In this document: positions 59,029-64,000 of the stretch, piece by piece | Layout of the letters: every line of letters begins with the position of its first letter | How positions within the stretch are numbered: position 1 is the first letter of the stretch | DNA from: Spirochaetia bacterium | GTDB lineage: Bacteria > Spirochaetota > Spirochaetia > DSM-2461 | Assembly (NCBI GenBank): GCA_963668315.1 | Contig: OY764216.1 | Coordinates: forward strand, 3,936,001 to 4,000,000 | Length of the DNA: 64,000 nucleotides | Reading direction: 5' to 3' | Program-made: the position numbers and the translations under genes | The notes under the pieces: model-generated | The model's input: only the letters and a program-made list of their open reading frames with translations | What the model was told of the DNA's origin: nothing | The model's database searches: none

Positions 59029-60123
59029 TTATTCGACAATGCAGAAATCCCTGGTCCAGCCTTCGATCGCATCTTCCGGCAGATCAAGGTCATATCTGGT
59101 TCCGTTAAACCAATAACAGGGAGTGGGGACCTCCACATCCGCACAGGTATAACCGCAAAGATAAATATCCGAAGCATTAACATGAATTGCATAAACTTCG
59201 GAATAACAACTGGTGTTTAAAGCAGCTAAACTTACCCATTCTCCATTTTTCCAATAACCGGGGATTTCTTCTCCGCCGACATGGCTGATTCCCCCCACAT
59301 AGATGGTGTCGCCCCAAAGAGTCAGATCTCCCAGGTCTGCGTAATCGGAAGAGAGTTCCTGCCAGACCCCATTAATCCAATATCCGGCTCTTTTTTCTCC
59401 TGTATTTCCTTCTGTACAGCAAAAACCCAATGCATAAACTTTATCTCCGGAAATAAGCATTGATACAACCTCAGCATCTTCACCGGCATATTCCGGGGTC
59501 AAATCGACCCATACACTGTTTTTCCAGTATCCCGGAAAATTCAGTGAAATATCCGTCGAATAACTCACAAAATAGCCTCCGATATAAACATCTCCGTCCG
59601 AAATATACATATCTGTTGCAAATGCTTCGTTATCGGAATCCTTAACGGGTAATTCATTCCATAGTCCGTCCTGCCAATATCCCGGAATATTACTTGAAGT
59701 ATCATCATTTATACAATTCCCCAGAATGTAAACCGAACTATCATAGGAGGATAGAGAAATAGCTTCTCCGCTTGTTGAACCATCCGGGAAGGGAAGTGAG
59801 AACCAGTTCCCGCTTTTCCAATACCCGGGAGTAGAAGATGATCCAAATTCATCGTTAAAGCGACAGCCTGTGATATATAGGTCATTTTCAAATGCTTTGA
59901 TTTCATGGGTATATGATTCAAAGCTCCTGTCAGTCACAGGAAGCGCCGTCCAGTCACCGTTATACCAATAGCCGGCATGCGCCTGGTAGGTATTATCCCA
60001 GCACTCACCGCTGACATATATACCCGGTTCAATAATACCTGTTCCGACAGAATCTCCCGTCCCATCGGCACACCCCGTCAGGAATAGAGCCGGCAGGAGA
60101 AATCCGATTATCGATTTTTTCAT
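59029..60123 (-). CDS. AT-rich lipoprotein with seven YWxNG repeats (predicted beta-propeller)
   Basis: Lipobox LTGC; seven repeats of Y..G...(P/A)GYW.NG.W..L. Confidence 0.72.
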   Translation of the reverse strand: MKKSIIGFLLPALFLTGCADGTGDSVGTGIIEPGIYVSGECWDNTYQAHAGYWYNGDWTALPVTDRSFESYTHEIKAFENDLYITGCRFNDEFGSSSTPGYWKSGNWFSLPFPDGSTSGEAISLSSYDSSVYILGNCINDDTSSNIPGYWQDGLWNELPVKDSDNEAFATDMYISDGDVYIGGYFVSYSTDISLNFPGYWKNSVWVDLTPEYAGEDAEVVSMLISGDKVYALGFCCTEGNTGEKRAGYWINGVWQELSSDYADLGDLTLWGDTIYVGGISHVGGEEIPGYWKNGEWVSLAALNTSCYSEVYAIHVNASDIYLCGYTCADVEVPTPCYWFNGTRYDLDLPEDAIEGWTRDFCIVE

Positions 60124-60196
60124 TTTACCCTCTATTAAATAATAAACAGAGGGATGATACCACCGGAGGGAAAAGTGATCAACAACTTTTCATTCA

Positions 60197-61642
60197 TCAG
60201 CTTATGGCAGAGGTGAACCCGCCCTTGTCGCTCGGGACCAGACTGATTTTCCTGTCCAGACAGTTGGGCGTGCTCCCCTCATTGTGGGTCACATAGATCA
60301 GCGTCAGATCCTCAATCATCCCCAGATTCTCACAGAGGGTCACTATCTCGTCTCTGTGTCTGTCGTCCAGGCCCTGGCAGGGTTCATCCAGGATGAGCAG
60401 GGGGGGAGATTTCACCAGGGAGCGGGCGATAAGGGCCATTCTCTTCTCTCCGAAGGAGACTTCCTCAAAGGAACGGTTTCCCATGGCACCGAGACCGCAG
60501 AACTCCAGCCAGTCCCGGGCCGTCTGCTTCTGCTGTTCCGTCGGTTTGTCATAAAGGCCGATGGAATCGAAAAAACCGGAGAGAACGACCCCCAGAAGGG
60601 GCGACCGGACCCGGTAATTCATCTGGAAGCCGCCCGAAACATGGCCTATTTTTTCCTTGATCTCCCAAACCGATTCCCCGGTGCCCTTTTTTCTGCCGAA
60701 AAGGGAGATATCATTGCCGTAAGCCTTGGGGTTATCCCCGTTGATCAGACTCAGCAGGGTTGATTTTCCGGCGCCGTTCGGTCCGGAAAGCAGCCATTTC
60801 TCTCCCCGGGTGACGACCCAGTCCAGATCCGTCAGAATCGGCTTATCACCATAGGAGACATTGACGGCCCGGCACTGTATGAGGCTGCGGCCCGTCCCTT
60901 CCCTTTCTTCCCCCCGGGGATGATAGGGCGATTCCACCCTCTCAGTCCTGACTGTCCGTGATTCAAGAAAGGCATCGCCCCCGTCGGGGGAGCCGAAATA
61001 GCCTATTTTCCCCTCTTCCATGATCAGCCAGTGGGACGAACCGGCGGGCAAATCCTCCCTGCGCCCGGAGATCACAATCAGCGTCACCCCCTGTTCGGAG
61101 AGAAGGTCGATCTGCTCCTTCAGGTAGGCGGCGGCCTCCCGGTCCAGCCCGTCATAGGGGTCATCCATGACGAGGATTTCCGGCTGTTCCCACAGAGCCC
61201 GGGCCACCATGGTCTTCCGGAACTCACCCGTGGAGAGATACCGCAGTCCCCGATCGGCAATGCGCCATAAATCCAGACTTTTCAGAAGGCCTTCCAGCTC
61301 CTCCCCGGCTCCTCCGGGCCGTCCCTCCTGAATCCACTCCTTCAGACTTCTCCCGGGATTCTCGGCTCCGTTTCCATCGAAAAAACGGCTGTCGTCCCGC
61401 AGTCTTTCCTCTTCCAATACGGCTTCCTGCTTCTCAAAAGAGACATAGGAGGGCTTAAGACGGAACTCAATCTTACCCGAAGAGGGATGGATATCCCCCG
61501 CCAGGATTTTGCCCAGCAGCGTCTTTCCGCTCCCGTTAGCCCCCGTGACAGCCAGACAATCGCCTTCGCTAAGGGAAAAATCCAATTCCTGAAGCAGAAT
61601 CTTCCGCCCCGCCTTATATGATACATCTGTCAGTTTGATCAT
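60197..61642 (-). CDS. modF: ABC ATP-binding protein with two ABC domains, ModF-like
   Basis: GANGSGKT, LSTGE, DDPYDGLD; GPNGAGKS, GTGESVWEIK, SFGE, DEPCQGLD. Confidence 0.8.
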   Translation of the reverse strand: MIKLTDVSYKAGRKILLQELDFSLSEGDCLAVTGANGSGKTLLGKILAGDIHPSSGKIEFRLKPSYVSFEKQEAVLEEERLRDDSRFFDGNGAENPGRSLKEWIQEGRPGGAGEELEGLLKSLDLWRIADRGLRYLSTGEFRKTMVARALWEQPEILVMDDPYDGLDREAAAYLKEQIDLLSEQGVTLIVISGRREDLPAGSSHWLIMEEGKIGYFGSPDGGDAFLESRTVRTERVESPYHPRGEEREGTGRSLIQCRAVNVSYGDKPILTDLDWVVTRGEKWLLSGPNGAGKSTLLSLINGDNPKAYGNDISLFGRKKGTGESVWEIKEKIGHVSGGFQMNYRVRSPLLGVVLSGFFDSIGLYDKPTEQQKQTARDWLEFCGLGAMGNRSFEEVSFGEKRMALIARSLVKSPPLLILDEPCQGLDDRHRDEIVTLCENLGMIEDLTLIYVTHNEGSTPNCLDRKISLVPSDKGGFTSAIS

Positions 61643-62512
61643 CTAACCCCTCTCCTTTTCCACAAGATTCCAGAATGCCATGACCAGAGGATTAATTTTC
61701 CGTTTTTTCTGCATGCACAGTCCCACATTATAAGGAAGCAGATCGGGTTTGAAATCGAGTACTTGCAGATGGGGAAAGAAGGGACTCTTCTCCAGAACCA
61801 GCTCGGGCACGACACCTACGCCGCATCCCAGATTCACCAGGGCCAGAACCGCTTCGTTACTATTGACCTGTGAATAGATATTCGGAGAAACACCCTTATT
61901 CCGGAACCATTCGTCCGCCCTGTCCCGGGCGAGCCCCCGGGAGGGGAGTACAAAGGGTATATCCCCCAGATTCTCTTCATCTATGGGAGAAAAATCCGCA
62001 TGGGCGATAAAAAGGAGGGGCGTATCCATTATGGGAAGAAAGTCCAGCGTTTCCGGCATCTCGTCCGGTTTCATGATAACCGACACGTCCACTTCGTTCT
62101 CCGCGACCATCGTCATGGCGTCATAGGCTTCCCCCGTGGCCAGTCTGACGTGAATGGCCCCGTATTCCCTGCGGAATTTCGCGATAAAGGAGGGAAGAAT
62201 ACTGTTGCAGGCCGTGATGGAACCGAAGATGGAGATCTCTCCCTGAAGGGATTCCATGCCTCCGGCGGCCCGGAACTCGAACTCCCCCATTTTATCCAGA
62301 ATTTCCCGGGCGTAGTCCCTGAAGAGATTCCCCCCGTAGGTCAGCCTGACGGAACGGTTGTCCCTTTCGAAAAGCTCGAATCCGAAATTGTCTTCCAGTC
62401 TTTTAATACTGCGGGTAAAAGCGGAGGGGCTGAGTCCGCATTTTTTGGCGGCCCGGGCAAAATGTTCCGTCTCCACCAGTGTAAGGAACTGCTTTAATTG
62501 CTCAAATTCCAT
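61643..62512 (-). CDS. ilvY: LysR family activator IlvY
   Basis: LysR HTH; LFERDNRSV.LT, GSITAC.S.LP, IYSQV...EA; divergent from ilvC. Confidence 0.87.
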   Translation of the reverse strand: MEFEQLKQFLTLVETEHFARAAKKCGLSPSAFTRSIKRLEDNFGFELFERDNRSVRLTYGGNLFRDYAREILDKMGEFEFRAAGGMESLQGEISIFGSITACNSILPSFIAKFRREYGAIHVRLATGEAYDAMTMVAENEVDVSVIMKPDEMPETLDFLPIMDTPLLFIAHADFSPIDEENLGDIPFVLPSRGLARDRADEWFRNKGVSPNIYSQVNSNEAVLALVNLGCGVGVVPELVLEKSPFFPHLQVLDFKPDLLPYNVGLCMQKKRKINPLVMAFWNLVEKERG

Positions 62513-62528
62513 AAGCCGCCTTCCTCTG

Positions 62529-62543
62529 TTGCATATTATTCAA
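62529..62543. promoter_or_regulatory. IlvY operator-like LysR box
   Basis: TTGCA-TATTA-TTCAA dyad containing T-N11-A, 16 nt upstream of the ilvY start. Confidence 0.6.
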
Positions 62544-62712
62544 TGTTTTTTTCAGTTTAAGGTGTTTCACACAACGAGTATATATGTTATATTGTGTTTT
62601 ATACAATAGAGAATAGGGGACTTTCGTTAAAAGTCCTCCTCTTTGCCTAAAAGAGACAGGCCGGCCGGTACAGGAGATTCCTGTTCGCACAGGCAGCCGA
62701 AGGAGATTATGT

Positions 62713-64000
62713 ATGAATTATTTTAACACCCTCCCCCTGCGTATTCAATTGGAAGAGCTGGGACAGTGCCGCTTCATGGATTCGTCCGAATTCAACGGTG
62801 TGGAAAAACTGAAAGGCAAAAAAATCGTTATCGTCGGCTGCGGAGCCCAGGGACTCAACCAGGGCCTTAACCTGAGAGACAGCGGACTGGACGTTTCCTA
62901 CGCATTAAGAGAAGCGGCCATCAAAGAGAAAAGACAGTCCTGGAAGAACGCCACAGAGAACAATTTTACCGTGGGCACCCAGGAAGAGCTGATTCCCCAG
63001 GCCGATCTGGTCCTTAACCTGACGCCGGACAAACAGCACTCCGGTGTTATTGATTCCATTATGCCCCTGATGAAGAAAGGCGCCTGCCTCTCCTATTCCC
63101 ACGGTTTCAATATCGTCGAAGAGGGCAAGCAGATCCGCGACGATATCACCGTTGTCATGGTGGCGCCCAAATCACCCGGAACGGAAGTACGGGAAGAGTA
63201 TAAAAGAGGCTTCGGCGTTCCCACGCTGATCGCCGTTCACCGGGAGAATGATCCCAACGGCGACGGATTTGAAATCGCCAAGGCTTACGCCGCCGGAACA
63301 GGCGGGGACAGGGCCGGAGTTCTTCACTCCTCCTTCATCGCCGAGGTTAAATCAGACCTTATGGGCGAGCAGACCATCCTCTGCGGTATGCTCCAGACCG
63401 GTTCCCTCCTCTGCTTCGACAAGATGGTGGAAAAGGGGATCGATCCCTCCTACGCCTCCAAACTCGTCCAGTACGGCTGGGAAACCATTACCGAAGCTCT
63501 GAAGCACGGCGGCATCACCAATATGATGGACCGTCTCTCCAATCCGGCGAAAATCATTGCCCACGAGCTCTCCGTGGAACTCTACGAGATCATGACCGAT
63601 CTCTATAGGAAGCATATGGACGACATCATGAGCGGAGAATTTTCCTCCACCATGATGAAAGACTGGGCCGCCGGCGACGCCAACCTTCTGAAATGGCGGG
63701 AAGAGACCAATGAGACCGCTTTCGAGAAAACCCCCGCCGGAACCATGGAGATTTCCGAGCAGGAGTACTTCGACAACGCCATCCTCATGACCGCCATGGT
63801 AAAGGCCGGTGTAGAGCTGGCTTTCGACACCATGGTGTCCTCCGGCATCAAGCCCGAATCGGCCTACTACGAATCTCTCCACGAGACTCCCCTCATCGCC
63901 AATACCATCGCCCGTAAAAAACTTTACGAGATGAACGTGGTAATCTCCGATACGGCGGAGTACGGCAATTACCTCTTCGCCAACGCCTGCGTTCCCCTTC
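62713..64000 (+). CDS. ilvC: Ketol-acid reductoisomerase, long (class II) form, truncated by the window end
   Basis: [53 protein letters not shown]; not in the ORF track because no stop codon falls inside the window. Confidence 0.95.
   Translation, partial: MNYFNTLPLRIQLEELGQCRFMDSSEFNGVEKLKGKKIVIVGCGAQGLNQGLNLRDSGLDVSYALREAAIKEKRQSWKNATENNFTVGTQEELIPQADLVLNLTPDKQHSGVIDSIMPLMKKGACLSYSHGFNIVEEGKQIRDDITVVMVAPKSPGTEVREEYKRGFGVPTLIAVHRENDPNGDGFEIAKAYAAGTGGDRAGVLHSSFIAEVKSDLMGEQTILCGMLQTGSLLCFDKMVEKGIDPSYASKLVQYGWETITEALKHGGITNMMDRLSNPAKIIAHELSVELYEIMTDLYRKHMDDIMSGEFSSTMMKDWAAGDANLLKWREETNETAFEKTPAGTMEISEQEYFDNAILMTAMVKAGVELAFDTMVSSGIKPESAYYESLHETPLIANTIARKKLYEMNVVISDTAEYGNYLFANACVPL

Noticed and set aside
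57373..59220. 615-aa plus-strand ORF
   Set aside because: Antisense shadow of glyQS; it crosses a terminator and has no protein-like motifs

Overview
Gene-dense, mostly core-genome window from a spirochaete. A free-living Spirochaetaceae-like organism is inferred from P83/100, fused PyrBI, a short P115-type SMC, homodimeric GlyRS and an FlgD-Ig/OmpA giant protein. There are about 54 CDSs, including gpgS, smc, nfeD-floA, two MoxR-DUF58 operons (one with a transglutaminase, one Bat-type), PBP1A, tandem SpoIIE phosphatases, dksA, infA, argJ, fabD, tatD, dusB, a CoA-disulfide reductase-rhodanese fusion, glyQS, modF and ilvY-ilvC. One AT-rich IS1-like element is present. I saw no tRNA, rRNA, CRISPR, phage or defence genes. 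The most notable observations are: a catalytically dead DEAD-box remnant fused to a DbpA RNA-binding domain, with a likely internal start; an M20 pseudo-peptidase coupled to gpgS; a candidate structured sRNA with an anti-Shine-Dalgarno loop; repeated leaderless-mRNA promoter geometry; a sigma28 promoter in front of an unannotated gene; and an IS1-like transposase with Asn at the third catalytic position. All calls come from motif recognition by eye, with no database searches.
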